64,000 nt of DNA from Octopus bimaculoides (GCF_001194135.2 NC_068985.1:36003279-36067278), one strand, 5' to 3'; shown: positions 33,371 to 47,085, counted from the stretch's first letter. The notes: generated from the sequence alone by a model not told the origin. Numbers and translations are program-made.

Positions 33371-34149
33371 TGGTACGCATTATTGAAATATAAATTGACC
33401 TCAGTACATGACTGAAACATATCTTATCATTTACTTCCAAGAGGAATGAAAATAAAAGTTGACCTTCGTGTAATTTGAACTCAGAACATAATAAATGGTC
33501 GCAACTAAATGCCACATATTATTTTGTCTGATGCGCTATCGATGTTGTCAATCCAAATTCCACATTAATATTTATACATAAGCATTCACTGATGCAGTCG
33601 TCTTTTCTCTCACTTTTTTACTTTACATCTCTAGCATTCCTATGATTGTCTATCTATCCGTTTGTTTCATTGTTTCTACGCCTGTTCATGTGTCTATTCA
33701 TCTATTTATGATAGGGTTACCTTCAGAAGAGGGCTACGGAGGCCACTCACACGAGGAAGGACTCACTACATTTGTCACCCCGCTACACCGTAATGTTCTT
33801 TCACGGGTCTGTCAACTCATCTCTTTCTTTTTCGTCATTCATTCCATCCATCCATTCCTTTTTGTTTCGATGGATGTGGTGGGCGTTGTTATTATTCATG
33901 TTTGATTTTCATGGCTTAATCACAGCTCTACAAAGCACTAGGATTATTATTTACTATCTCCGAAGAATTGAAAGCTCATAAAAAGTTGAGGCCAAGAAAT
34001 CAAGTTCCATTCGATGTAGGAAGCAAGAACTTCATATCAACCTTCAAGGCAAAGAGGAATTAACAGCGAATTGAAACAATACGGACTTCGATCAAGGTTG
34101 AGTCCAGCGAGAAGCTTCTCTTCAATTTGACTTGTTGAATGAATGCAAC

Positions 34150-34321
34150 TGGATATAAGTGGTATATTAGGAAAGGAAATGAAAATAAATAAATAAATGA
34201 AATGAAATGAATACCATTAGAGAAAGGAAAAAAAGAACTAAAATCAAAAAACGTAAACACACATACGCATACACACAACCACATATATACACAATGAGAT
34301 ACTGATTATAACAATATGTAC

Positions 34322-34364
<43 letters not shown>

Positions 34365-36110
34365 ACGATTACACTGAGAAAAGGAGATACAAAAGGGGGG
34401 AAAAGTCGAAGAAATAGAAATGTATAACAAAGAATAGAATTGAGGAAAAGGGAGAATGGATCAAAGGAATGAAAGAAAAAGAAACAATAAATGAAGGAAG
34501 AAATTATAATGACAATAAGACAGGCACACACAAGATAGAATAGAATAGAATAGAATAGATAGATATGGATAGACAGATAGTGGTGATGATGGTAAAGGAA
34601 GAAGCAGGGAAATAAAAGACAAGTTACAGAGTCGCTTGATTGAAACAGATCAGATGAAAAGAAAGACTGACATAAGTAAATGGACTTTAAGAAAGAGAAC
34701 AGCTGAATGAAAATTTTGAGGATTGGATCATGATAGTAAAACAGGAATCATTGAAGCTTAGGTCTCCGAAATGTAGGAGGGAAAAATTTAGTGAAGTGAG
34801 AAATGAAAATGAGACGAGAAAGAAAGAATAAGAGAAAGAGAAATGAGAGTGAAAGAAGAAAACAGCACAAGTCAATAAAAGAGGAAGAAAAAAGAAAAAA
34901 ACTAAATGGGACACGAAAATTGAAAAACAAAACTGAGAGACCCAGTATTGAAAGTAGAAACAAGAGAAGCAGCGAAACATTAGATTTTAAAAAATGAAAT
35001 GAAATAACTGCCAGCGAAGTAAGTAATGAGCGAATGGAAATGAGAAGGCAGGGGAAACAAAGGGGAGGAAGTAATTGGGAAGAGAAAGAAAGATAGAAAT
35101 ACTGATAGAGAGGGAGTAATGAAAGAGAGCAAGGGAAATGATGATAAAAAGTGATAACGAGTGAATAGGAGAATAAAGTAGAGAGAGAGAGAGAGAGAGT
35201 GAGAGGCAGACAGCCAGAATGGCCGAAAAGAGACGTATGTTAGAGAAAGAGAAAGAAAAACCAGAGAAATGAGAGTAAGTTAAAGAGAGAAAAGAAGATA
35301 AATTAAAGAGGGGATACACCTAAAGAGAAATATGAACATGAGAGACAAAAAGGAAAGAAGAATGAAAGAAGAATTACAGAACACAATAGAAAAGAGCGCT
35401 TCAATTACGAAGAAAAAGAATAAGATTAATAGAGAAGTTGGAGGGAAAGAACAACAAAGAGGGCCAGAAAGAGAGAGAGTAAAATACATTTAAAAAAAAA
35501 TCAATCAGCTTTAAGATAGGAAAGATGATTAGTGATAGAAGTGATGAATAAAGAAACAAAGTGTGAGACGGATCAAAATGTGAGGAGTGTATATGTATCC
35601 ACAACCTACGACCCACCCGTAGTAAGATTGAACAGCCTCTGCAATTTAGTCATAAGAGAACCAATACTCTTCACTTAACTTTCGTTTTCTAACTATCTCT
35701 CTTTTTATGTTTGTGGGTGAGGAGAGAGAGAGAAAGAAAGAAAGTGAGAGAGAGAGCTTCATATTCTTTACTGTCTCCCCCACTCCCCCAAAAAAGAGAA
35801 AACAAAAATTAAAAATATATCGAGAGAAAGGAAAGAGTTAGATAGTCTTCAAAATTTAAGAATGCACTATTATTATTGTTGCAATTATTGAAAGAGATGT
35901 CAATATCAAAACAAAAATCACACCAAAATAATAACATCAGTGTTGATAGCTAAACTATAACATCAATAACTACAATAATAACAACGAAATGCCAACTAGC
36001 TAAAGAGAGAGAGAGAGAAGGGGCTGTTGAGTGTGAGGGAGGCTGGGTGAGTGAGAGAGCAACTGAATGATTGAGTAAAAGAGAGAGAGAGATAGATAAA
36101 TCGTATAGAG
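34150..36110. repeat. ~2-kb purine-rich (GA/AAG) low-complexity tract with (GA)n runs
   Basis: Directly visible strong A/G bias on the plus strand. It accounts for the F/S/L-rich minus-strand ORFs. Confidence 0.85.
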
Positions 36111-38164
36111 TAGTTAACTCGAACATATACGAAGAACAGACTCTAACGGCTGGCTTGATTTGCAATGGTTCCTGTTGATGTTGTTGCTGTTGTAGTGGTT
36201 TCTCTTTCTTTTTCTTCGCCGTCGTATACATCGTCATCGCTGAAGGATTACTCTATTGGATGATATGAATTCTTTGGCAGGTAGGTAAATGAATTTGATT
36301 AGGGATAACTGTTTGAGACAGTCACTTAAGGTCTGTCGCACATACATCTCCGACACATACGCCTGTCTTTCAAGCCTTTTGTCTCTTCCTCACCCCCTCT
36401 TTTCTCCCAATAAACTGTCAATCTGCTACAATTGTATTTTCTGAGCTTTAGTGATTCTCATCTTTATCAAACCGTCCGACAAGTTATTGACATGACCAAG
36501 CTGCAAGTGTCTTGTTTCCATCAACTAGAACATGCTGCTATCTGTCACATAAGAACGAACTATGCATGACCACAATAAAACGCACGAACACAACTGGTGT
36601 GCTTTTGTCAATCTTTGTTTCAAATTCTCCAAAATGTATTTCCCATGTTTTTTAAACACTTTGTCCTGTTCAGACAAACCCCCTTTGTCTCAGTTTATTA
36701 GTGATTATATCGATAATAATAGCAGTGGTGATGAGTAGCAAGTCAACGATGTAACTCTGGAGATAATGTTCATGTTAATGATGAAAACAATATAATATAT
36801 TACCTCTCTAGATTGCAATAGTGTTTTGACACACGTGTCATATACACAAATATGCATAAGCATACGAACAGACGAACGAATGCATTCAAACGCATATTTG
36901 CGTGGTGCGTGTGTTGTGTGTGCACTTATGTATTTTAAAAACACTCGTATATTTCAAAGGGGAAAAAATCCGGCAGTGAGACTTACGATGTATTTCATGC
37001 ATATTGCCAATGAAAAGATCCCACTCTGACACACACACACAGATTTATATATATATATATCATCACTATCTGTCCCCCTCTCCTACATATGTATATATAC
37101 AAACGTATATAAGCATATAGAAGTATATTATATAAACATATATATTTATATGATATATATATATATTAAAACACACACACACACACACTCATAAATATAG
37201 GCATATGTACGAGTATGTATGCTCCTATATATGCTTGTATATGTGTGTGTGTAAATATAACCATGCTCATGCTGTATACATATACAGGTAAATTTATAAA
37301 GATAGCTAGCTAGCTAGATAGATAGATAGACATAAAGTGTAAATGTAAGCCTTCACACATATATGTATATATGTTTGTGTATACATATACAACTATGTGA
37401 ATGATGTATAAAAATAGGCAAATATCCGTATATGTATGAGTGTGTGTGTGTTTGTGTATATATATACACACACGTTTGCATATGTGTGTTTATATATTTA
37501 CTCTTTATAGATATGTTTATATGCATATGTTTGTATGTATATATATTGATACTTACATATGTGTGTATGTGTGCGTATGGTCAAATACTTAAAAAGTTCA
37601 TATCACAGTCGCAATGTATCTTTGATGCCACTGCATTGCATGTTGGGCAAGTGTCTTTTATTATCGTCTTGTATTGACTCAAACTTTGTGAGTGAAAATG
37701 GGTAGACAGATTGTCTACCCTTTGTCACAGTTCAAACCTTGCCACACATCATGTCGTGCTGTTTCAACCTGATGATTTCATTGATGGGTCATCTACTTGT
37801 GGAATGCACACCTGCTTTACATGCTAATTCAATCAGTAAGGAATTCAGTACTTTGATAAATTGAATTCTCATCTCAAAACCTGTGGAGATTGAATTGTAC
37901 ATCATCATCATCATCATTTTAACATCTACTTTCCATGCTTGTTCGGGTCAGATGAAATTTGTGGCATAGATTTTTATGGACGGATTTCCTTCTTTTCACT
38001 AACCACCTCTTGTTTTCAAGCAAGATAATATTTCACCACTGTCAGGCAGATTTTCACTGAAGATTGGAAAATGAACAACACTGCTTGTATGATGGTGGCG
38101 CTTGTTTACAACTATAACGTGATTTTAAGACAGAGACACAATTACACACATATATACATATATC

Positions 38165-38590
38165 ATCATCATCGTTTAACGTCCGCTTTCCATGCTAGCA
38201 TGGGTTGGACGATTTGACTGAGGACTGGTGAACCAGATGGCTACACCAGGCTCCAATCTGATTTGGCAGAGTTTCTACAGCTGGATGCCCTTCCTAACGT
38301 CAACCACTCCGAGAGTGTAGTGGGTGTTTTTACGTGCCACCAGCACAAAGGCCATATATATATATATACATACACATGTACATACATATGTACATGTGTA
38401 TGTGCATGTGTGTGTGTATTCATCATCATCATCATCGTTTAATGTCTCTTTTTTCATGCTAGCATAGGTTGAATTGTTTGGCATAAACTAACAAGCCAGA
38501 GGGCTGTACTGAGCTCCAGTGTCTGTTTTAGCATGGTTTCTACAGCTGGAAGCTCTTCTTAATGCCAACCACTTCACAGTGTGTTGTTGT
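38165..38590 (-). mobile_element. Two RTE 3'-tail fragments, each ending in (GAT)n
   Basis: catcatcatcgtttaacgtccgctttccatgctagcatgggttggac...ggatgcccttcctaacg is the reverse complement of the RTE tail at 52850-53020. Confidence 0.85.
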
Positions 38591-38594
38591 TTGT

Positions 38595-38885
38595 TCCTTT
38601 TCGAGTCATGCCTGGCTCATAAGGGCTGGTTTCCCAGTTTCATTGGCATATAGGTTCCCCACCTGGATGGAATGCTGGTCCGTCACTGGTGAGCTGCTAG
38701 ATGCAGGAGGAAAGAGTGAGAGAAAGTTGTGGCAAAAGAGTCAGCAGAAGTTTGCCATTACCTTCTGCCGGAGCCATGTGGAGCTTAGGTCTTTTGCTCA
38801 TAAGCACACACATCGCCTGGTTCGAACCCGCAATCCCTTGACTGCGAGTCTACTGCTCTAAACCACTAGGCCATGTGCCTCCACT
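38595..38885 (-). mobile_element. tRNA-derived SINE family C
   Basis: Minus strand GGAGGCACATGGCCTAGTGGTTTAGAGC (A box) and GCGGGTTCGAACC (B box). The body contains gcagaaggtaatggcaaac. Confidence 0.75.
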
Positions 38886-39359
38886 CTTCCCAGTGTACTG
38901 GGTGTTTTTTTCAGGGCACCAGCAAGACAAGCTCCCTCAACTAAGAGAGATATAGTTTTGAGGGATATAAAAGTATTAGAGAAGGAGAAGACAAGAGTCT
39001 TGCTGAAAAGGTGAATACATGGCTTCCCCATCAAGAAAGAAAGAGAGAGATGTGAGGTCAAGGCACAAGGTGAATATGAGGGACAGAAAAAGGATAGAAC
39101 AGGAATGTTGGGTGTCTGATGTAAGTGGGCTAGAGTGAAATTAATGTGAGAGATAATTAGAGATGGAAATTGAGTTGGATGCAAGGAGAGGAAATGAAGG
39201 AAAGGAAATAACTGTGAGTCAAGGAGGAGGAAGTGACAAAAGATTGTAGTAGGATTACAATTAGAGGATAAGTGGTATCATTTACAACACCTGAGTGAGT
39301 AGTGCCACAGAAGATTGATGGAGGGATGGAGAAGATAAGTTGTGGGATGGGGGAAAATT

Positions 39360-42050
39360 TGACAGGACCTCAGCACTACTGAGATGAATGGGTCTTCTCA
39401 AGCACAGTACATTACCATTTGTCTTGGTTTCCCATTATCTCTTCCAAGAAGCTCAACATCTTAAGGTCAGCTTTCACCACTTCATCCCACATCTTCCTGA
39501 GTCACCCTCTTCCACTGGCTCCTTCCACATTTAGCAATTGGCTCGTCTTTATACAACTGTCCTCATCCATCTTCATCATATGACCACACCAGCAGTCTTC
39601 TCTCCTGCACACTATATCTGATGCCTCTTATGTCCAATTTTTCTCTCATGTCTTCTGTCCTACATGCACATTGATGTTTCACATCCAGTGGAGCATGATA
39701 GCTTCATTCTTTTCTAGCCTTCACATGTTCTCTGCATTAACAACCCAAATTTAACTATTATTTAACATTGTTGTTTGTATACGGGCATTGTACAATCTGC
39801 CCTTCACTCTGAGAGAGAGGTGCCTTTTGTTATAGGTAATAGTTCTCTGAACTTTCTCCAAACGTTTCTTATTTTAGCAAAATACTTTCAGCACATCCCT
39901 CCCCTCTGCTAATTAAATCACCTAGGTAACAGAAACTATCTACTACCTCTAAGGATGTTCCAGAAAATTTACTATATACTTTTAGTGTTTATTGCATCTG
40001 TGCACCTGCCATAAATAATATCTACTGTCTCTCTTAACCTTCCTGTGATTCCACTGCACCTCTTATGTGTTCATAGTTTGCGCTGTGTACAACATATAGA
40101 ATTTCTACCAACACCCCTTCTACATATTGAACAGGGTCATTTATCTGAGCGATTAACACTCTATTTTCCTGCTAACTAGAACTTTGGTCTTTCCTAAGTT
40201 AACTTCAAGGCCTTTTGACTCCAGATTTGTTTCCACACCTGGAATTTCATTTCTAATTCTGCTACAGTTTCAGCTGTGAGAATAAGTTCATCAGCATAGA
40301 GGAATTCCTATGGCCAGCCCGTCTTAACTTCCTCTATTATGACAGGAGGACTATGATAAATAAGAGGGAACAGATAACCGAACCTTTATGAACTCCTACC
40401 TGCACACTAGATTTATTACTATATGCATTGTTAACACTCATCTTAAGGACAGCATCCATGTAAATTGTTTAAACACCTCTCACTAGCCATTCATCTACTT
40501 CTAGCTTCTGAAGTAACCTCACAATTAGGGAGCAAGACACCCTTTCTAGTTCAGTGAATGCCAAGTACAGTGGTTTACGTTTTGCTAATTTCTTCTCCTG
40601 CAGTTGCTGAACTCTAAAGAAATCATCTCTTTGGCACAACACCAAACTGCATCAAATCTAGGTTAACCTTCTTCCCAATTAATTAAGCACTGACTATTTT
40701 GATGACTTTCATAAGCTGATCCAGTAATATGATACCTTTGTTATTACTTCTTGCTAAGGTATCTACTTTACCCTACAAACAGTTGACTATGATGATATTA
40801 CATAAGTCACTTGGTATGATAGCTTCCTGTACAACATAATGAACTGTATGGCTGACTAGGCTATATCATACTCTACCAGCTATTTTAAACATTTCAGCAG
40901 TAATCCCTGATGAACCAGAAACATTCTGTGTCTTCACATTTTGATTGCTTTGTCTATCACAGGGGTTTTCAAACTTTTTAACTTGCGGACCCCTTTATAT
41001 TTCAGGCTTTACCTTAGGGACCCCCTTATAAACGCTTATGAAATTTATACATAAATATTTGCTTAAAATAACATATATTTTTACATTTATTTATTTAACA
41101 ATATTTAACAAATAGGTTTATTGTCAATTAAAAGATTTCGATTAAAAAACATATATAAAATCAAATTGCCCATAAAAAGTATTTGCTGTCCACAGACCCA
41201 CTGTCTTGTTCTTGCGGACCCCCTGTGGTCCACGGACCACAGTTTGAAAAACCCTGGTCTATCACACTTCTATTATCAAGAATGGCTGAACCTTCTGTTT
41301 GGTTCACATTAGAAAGACTCTCTTTCTCCACATTTAGTAGCTTTTCATAATAACATTTCCATGTCTCTTTTCAGAATCACTGAGTGTGAGTGTGCCATTA
41401 TCCTTCTCCACACACTTCTCTCCCACATCTTGATTTTCTCTGATACACTGCCCTGTAATCCAGAACACCTATACCTTCAGTCCACATGCCATAGAACATT
41501 GGCACACCTCTTCTTTTCTGCTTCTCTCTTTACTAAATATACTTATCTCTTAGTTTCTCTTCTAATTGCCTGATATACTTCTCTGTTGCCCCCATATTTC
41601 CAAACCTTCCAAGCCTGCCTTTTATTTTTTATGGCTCCTCTGCCATGTCACCCTTGGTTTGGCTGAAACTTTGCATCAGCCACGAATTTGATTGTTGCCC
41701 TCAATAGGTTGTCCAGAAGGAACTTTTAGTTCTCTACATAAGTCTCTGTCTCTTCTCCCCTGTCAAATGCTTCAATTAATATATCTCTAAATTTCTAACT
41801 GTTCATTGAACCTTTAAGTGTCCATAAGTTCCTTTTACTGACTGGTTTGCATTTCTGGGTCCTTTTAACTCTAAGTTTGAAGTCACTACCCACTTACCTA
41901 TGTTGGTCTGTACAATCCTCACCTGGGGAAAGACTTTGCATTCACAGCATCTGTCCTTCCCATTTTCTAGTCAGAATGTAATCAATCTGGCTTGTGTATT
42001 CACCAGACTGAGAAGTGATCAGCTGACTAGCTGTTTTTAAATTTGTATTG
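39360..42050 (-). mobile_element. RTE LINE, long decayed copy (APE-RT-thumb) with a MITE insertion
   Basis: Same family as 18770-20820: GWP.EFLYADELIL, PCSICRRGVGRNSI, ..EGASGRG.LRKMWDEVVKADL. Confidence 0.85.
40960..41256. mobile_element. hAT (Charlie-type) MITE, 297 bp
   Basis: TIRs caggggttttcaaact / agtttgaaaaaccctg. The 8-bp TSD gtctatca occurs at 40952-40959 and 41257-41264. Confidence 0.92.
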
Positions 42051-42799
42051 TACATCATCAGGTCATCTGCATGACAGAACCTAAGAGCCTTGTTCTCTCC
42101 TCATTTCTAGGACTCCTTAGTCCAGAAATTGAAGCTATGATTTTATGACCATGAGTGCAACACCCTAACCAACAGGTTACATCCTTTGACTATATATATT
42201 GATGTATGCATTTCACTCCACATGTATTATTACTAATAGTTTTATATACATGACAAGTATGTTCATCAGGCACTGATTATTCTATGAAATCAAGAAGTTT
42301 AAATAGAGGACTGGGCAAACCATATTTCATAGAAGAATACACTAATAGGTGATCCACTAAACTGAACTGATGCAGAGCATTCAGATGATTTTAAATCGGA
42401 AAAAAATATAAAAAACAAAGTAAAATGTTAAGGTTATAAATTATAAAAATTAAATTAAATCAAATTATAAATGTGTCAATATATAAATATGAAAATATAT
42501 ATAGATCTACAGATAATCCAAAGGCTATACAAATATATACAAATACATAAGCTATATGCAATACATAAATTATACAAGTACATAAAAATATAATATACAT
42601 AAATTGCATAAAAATATAAATGGGAAAACTCTATGGTATCTGTTATAAAGGTCTATAATTATAATATATAAAAATAAAAATTACAAAAAGAATACAAAAG
42701 GATGGAAAAAAATATAATGTAAATATAAATATGAGATATATATCGACACAATGAAAGAAGAAACTATATCTATATTCTTAGGCGTTATAAAATAAAGTA

Positions 42800-43190
42800 G
42801 AAAAATCGACCAATCAATCAGGAATTGGTGGAATCTTCCCATTTTTTAAGATATATTTAAACATGTTTACATCCACTAAAAATCTCTGACCTCGAGTTAT
42901 ATCAAGTTCGGAATCTTAGATCTAAATAAAATCTGTGCCCTTTCGGCCAAGCAAAGCATACATCTATTAGATCCTTTTTTTAATTTAGACCTTACTATTA
43001 TTCCCTATTTGATCACATTTGATACATTTTTCTCTTTCACGGCCCAAATGCAGCTTGCCAACTTTGGTTTTGCTTTTCTCTGTAGTGGAATGATGCCATG
43101 TGGTTAGTGTAGCGTTTTTTAGAAATTCTTTCACATAATCCGATGTATGTTCTTTTATTGGTTGCGTCACTATTATTAAGGGTTGCCAAG
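42800..43190 (-). mobile_element. Penelope-like GIY-YIG C-terminal fragment
   Basis: Reads KRTYIGLCERISKKRYTNHMASF...LCLAERAQIL...LINSRSEIFSGCKH. Confidence 0.8.
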
Positions 43191-43199
43191 ACCCCTGGT

Positions 43200-43490
43200 C
43201 TGTATATAATGAACTTCATCATACACATCCAATGGAGCTTCCTGGATCTGCCCATGTAAAAGTACACTAGTGTCATGCAAATGGCACCCGTGCTGGTGGC
43301 ATGTAAAAGCACCCATTACACTCTCTGTGTGGTAAGCATTAGGAAGGGCATTCAGCCATAGAAAACCATACCAAATCAGACTGGAGTCTGGTGCAGCCTT
43401 CAAGCATACCAGCCCAGTCAAACCATCCAAACCATGCCAGCATGGACAACAGATGTTAAATGATGATGATACACACACACACACACACAT
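43200..43490 (-). mobile_element. RTE 3'-tail fragment
   Basis: Written on the plus strand as ggcatgtaaaagcacccattacactctctgtgtgg...ggaagggcattcagcc...catggacaacagatgttaaatgatgatgat. This is actually the plus-orientation tail, inserted into the minus-strand PLE. Confidence 0.7.
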
Positions 43491-43989
43491 ATCACTGAAT
43501 TTCCTTTGAATCTCCTGGCTGGGGAGTTGAGCCTCAGTTCTTTTAGCCTCTCCCAATAGCTCATCTATTACACTAAGACAATCTTTTTGGTGTAGTGGCA
43601 TTGGATTGCTTTGAGTTCCACAGTTAGTTTGATGCTTTGTGGTGACCATAATTGGGAGCATTAATCCAGACAACTTGGAACAAATGTTGTCCATAGGAGC
43701 AACACAGATTCCTTTTTCCATTTTTCCATACTGGCATAGATATTTCTCATATATACATTGACCCATGTGCTCCACTTGTCATGCAAGTCTGTACTGAATA
43801 TCAATCTAATTATTTTTCACATACTTTTGTCAGGCCACACATAACCCACTTTCAGATTTCATATCTCACTATTGTACAACAGAGGAAAATTTCTTTTCTA
43901 CTCATTTCTTACTCTTGCTGCAGTCTACTCAGTATGATTGCCTCTAACACTCAGTTGATCATAAACTACTACTTCTGATGTGCATGTTT

Positions 43990-44330
43990 TTCATTTCATA
44001 GGTGCCATTTCTGTTAACTATTCCTGTAATCTGTTACATTGGATGCCCTGATTTTTCTGTCAGTCTGCCAAAAATGCTATTGCACCTTTTGTGTACCTAT
44101 TGCTTGCAATTGGCATGCATTATTGAGCTTTTACTTACTCCTTCCTACATAGTGAAAAAGGCCATTTACCAGATAAGTCTTAGGTATCATGATCTTGTTT
44201 TACAAAATTTGATCTTCAATATGTCAGCCTTTAATCCTTTGAACATGAAATCATTCTTTCAGGTTTGGAACATTTCTTTCAACTCTTTGACAGATTCTGC
44301 AAGGGCATATAAAGTAAGGATCTAATATTG
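43990..44330 (-). mobile_element. RTE RT fragment (region of the PHD-like insert)
   Basis: Reads GKWPFSLCRK...C..CKQ.VHKRCNSIFGRLTEK...C.R. Confidence 0.65.
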
Positions 44331-45865
44331 CAAAAGTTTAAGGGTCAAGAATGATCACAAAATCCAATCAGCTAGTCATCTATACATTGTTGCTATCTTA
44401 ATAATATGCACCTGGAACGATGCATAATTACTCATGTGGATTTCCAGGTCTTGCATTGGCTCTAACTCCAGAACTGCAATATATTCCACCCCCAACTCAG
44501 TCCTGTGTATTCTGATTATAATCTGTACCATATTATGTACCTTATTTTGTACTTTATTATTATGTACCTTATTTTGTACCTTATTTATATATAAAATACT
44601 ACAATTAGCTGTCATTTTTGATGGCACAGGGCTAGTATTTGTATAACTCGGCTCATTAGTTTAGGATTTCTTTTGACTGTTCTTCTCCAGTGCATTTTTG
44701 TTGCAGTTGTAACAGTTTGCAATGATACTCTGAGTTACTAAGTTAGACATAACACCTTCCTGCACTGCTTGATTAATTTAGTCAAGTACTCACAATGCAT
44801 TTATAAAGCCTGATGCTTCTAGCTTCTTGTTCTGATACCATGGTGGTTCTGCAGTTGTCCCTACCTTCATTCCCTTAATTACTTCAGTGACCCTGCTTAA
44901 ACCAACCTTTATAACTGTTTCTATTTTTCTCCTCCATTTCAACTCATGTTCTCACAACTCCATCCATATTCCTTATATTCAAGAACTTTTCGTAGTAACA
45001 CTCTCAAAATGTTATCTTCTTACTTTGACAGAAAGGAAAATGTTCTTATGTTGTTTCAGACATATTTCTCATCAATAACATACCAATTCATGCAGACAAG
45101 TTTTTGAAATGCAGAATGCTTGATATCATTCATCTTGATGGCACAAAACATTAACAATTCCAAACTTCTTTCCAGACAAAAGAAATCTGATAGTTTGCCT
45201 TTCTACTGTTGCTCATTGCTACCTTCTTTTTTTCAAGCTTTTCCCTAATTTTGTTTTAGTGTTGTTCACTACACTATTCCTCTATAGTTTTATTCCATGC
45301 TCAAATTAGTTGCTTACTGTAAGTTGTCCCTCAGGAACCTCTAGTTTTCTTCTATGTTCTAATCTTCCATCTCTGTTTTCCTAACTAAACATCTGGCTGC
45401 TGCTAAATAATAATTGTTGTTTAAACTTAGGTCAACTTTGACTGAACAGACCTCTGATCAAAAGCTTCCAACCATGGCTATTTCAGCTGTGATCTGTGAT
45501 CAAAGGCATTCCACCCATGACCACTCTACTATTTTCTTAGACAGCGGTATATGGGATTACATCATCTGAAGTGTTTCTCAAGACAACAAAGTGTAATTTG
45601 AGGGAGATTTGGTTACTATTTTTAATGGGCTGACTGATTACTTAGCAGCTCCCACATTGACTCATTGGCACATTATCTCTTATCTCATGATCTTTAAACT
45701 TTCCTATCTTCCTTTTCCTTCTTGAAATCCATAGTGTATCACACTATTCTATTCCCATTAATATCCACTCTTTTAGGCATTGGCTAAAACTTCAATTGTA
45801 GACCAATATATTCTTGGACTTTCTTGATATAACTACTGAAGTTGTTAGTTATCAGAATGATATTA

Positions 45866-46096
45866 AAGGCGGTGAGCTGGCAGAAACGTTGCTGGGCGAA
45901 ATGCTTAGTGGTATTTCATCTGCCGTTACGTTCTGAGTTCAAATTTCGCTGAATCCAACTTTGCCTTTCATCCTTTCGGGGTCGATAAATTAAGTACCAG
46001 TTACACACCCCTGGGGTCGATGTAATCGACTTTATCAGTTTGTCAGTCCTTGTTTGTCCCCTCTGTGTGTAGCCCCTTGTGGGCAGTAAAGAAATA
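45866..46096 (+). mobile_element. SINE family B, near full length, 12-bp TSD
   Basis: A box GGTGAGCTGGCAGAA and B box GAGTTCAAATT, with central gcctttcatcctttcggggtcgataaattaagtaccag. TSD agaatgatatta at 45854-45865 and 46097-46108. Confidence 0.92.
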
Positions 46097-46939
46097 AGAA
46101 TGATATTACTTTCATCTTACGTTTATTGTTGTTATTGTTTAGCCTTAGGTTAAACCCACTTGAGTGCATCTATTAACTAAGGTATTCCAGACATGACCAT
46201 CCTGTCTATTATTCAAACATAGTTTGAATAATAGTCAGGACATATTTTTTCTAGCAGACTGAGTAACCATACAGAGACTCCATCTTCAAGCTGGACTTCT
46301 TCAATGTTGTTTCAGGTAGTAATAGTAGTAGTTGTAGTAGTAGCAGCAGTAGCAGCAACAATATTCGCAGTAGTAGTATTCACTATGTCCTTCCATTTTT
46401 TTAAAGATGGTAAAGTGGAACTTGACAGAGGCTTGTTGACTGTTTCTAGCAGTATGAGCAATTGCATAAAAGTTCACATATTTGCTCTAAATGTAATAAT
46501 TTCCTTTGGTAGCTTTTACCAGAGCCTCATAGAACTCTTTCTCTTACTCGTCTGTTAACCTTCTTTTGGTGGATGTAAGCCCAGGAAGCAGACAGTGTTA
46601 CATTGCCAGTCATTGAACTGAATTTAATTATTCTTTCACTTAGCCTAACTATTTATGACTCCATCTAACATTTCTGCCAAGATTATACCCAAACTACTCA
46701 TACAAGAAACATTAGTTATCTGAAAGAAACATAATAATGACAGTTTGAAATTTTGGCACAATGCCAACAATTTTGTAGGTAAGAGTAAGTCACTTATATT
46801 AACCCTGGTGCTCAACTGGGACTTAATTTATCAACTCTGAAAGGATGAAAAGCAACATCAACCTTGGCAGTATTTGAACTCAGAACATAAGGACTGACAA
46901 AATGCCGCTAAGAATTTTGTCTAGTGTGCTAATGATTCT

Positions 46940-47085
46940 GCTGGCGTAGTTGTGTGGTAAGAAGCTTGCTTCCCAACCACATGATTCTGGGTTCAATCCC
47001 ACTGCATGGCACCTTGGGCAAGTGTCTTCTACTATAGTCTCTGTGAGTGGATTTGGTTGATGGAAATTGAAAGAAGCCTGTCGTT

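Noticed and set aside
34060-35616. Hydrophobic F/L/S-rich ORFs resembling membrane proteins
   Set aside because: They are the reverse complement of the GA-rich low-complexity tract.
35950-36237. Minus-strand ORF MTMYTTAKKKKEKPLQQQQ...
   Set aside because: It runs into a (CT)n repeat with no convincing donor or homology.
42360-42405. Possible second hammerhead type near the 42800-43190 PLE
   Set aside because: The core is too degenerate (ctgatgc; no GAAAC/stem III) and it lies on the unexpected strand.
44002-44325. Plus-strand exon after a good acceptor (tttcatag)
   Set aside because: The region is the antisense of an RTE RT fragment.
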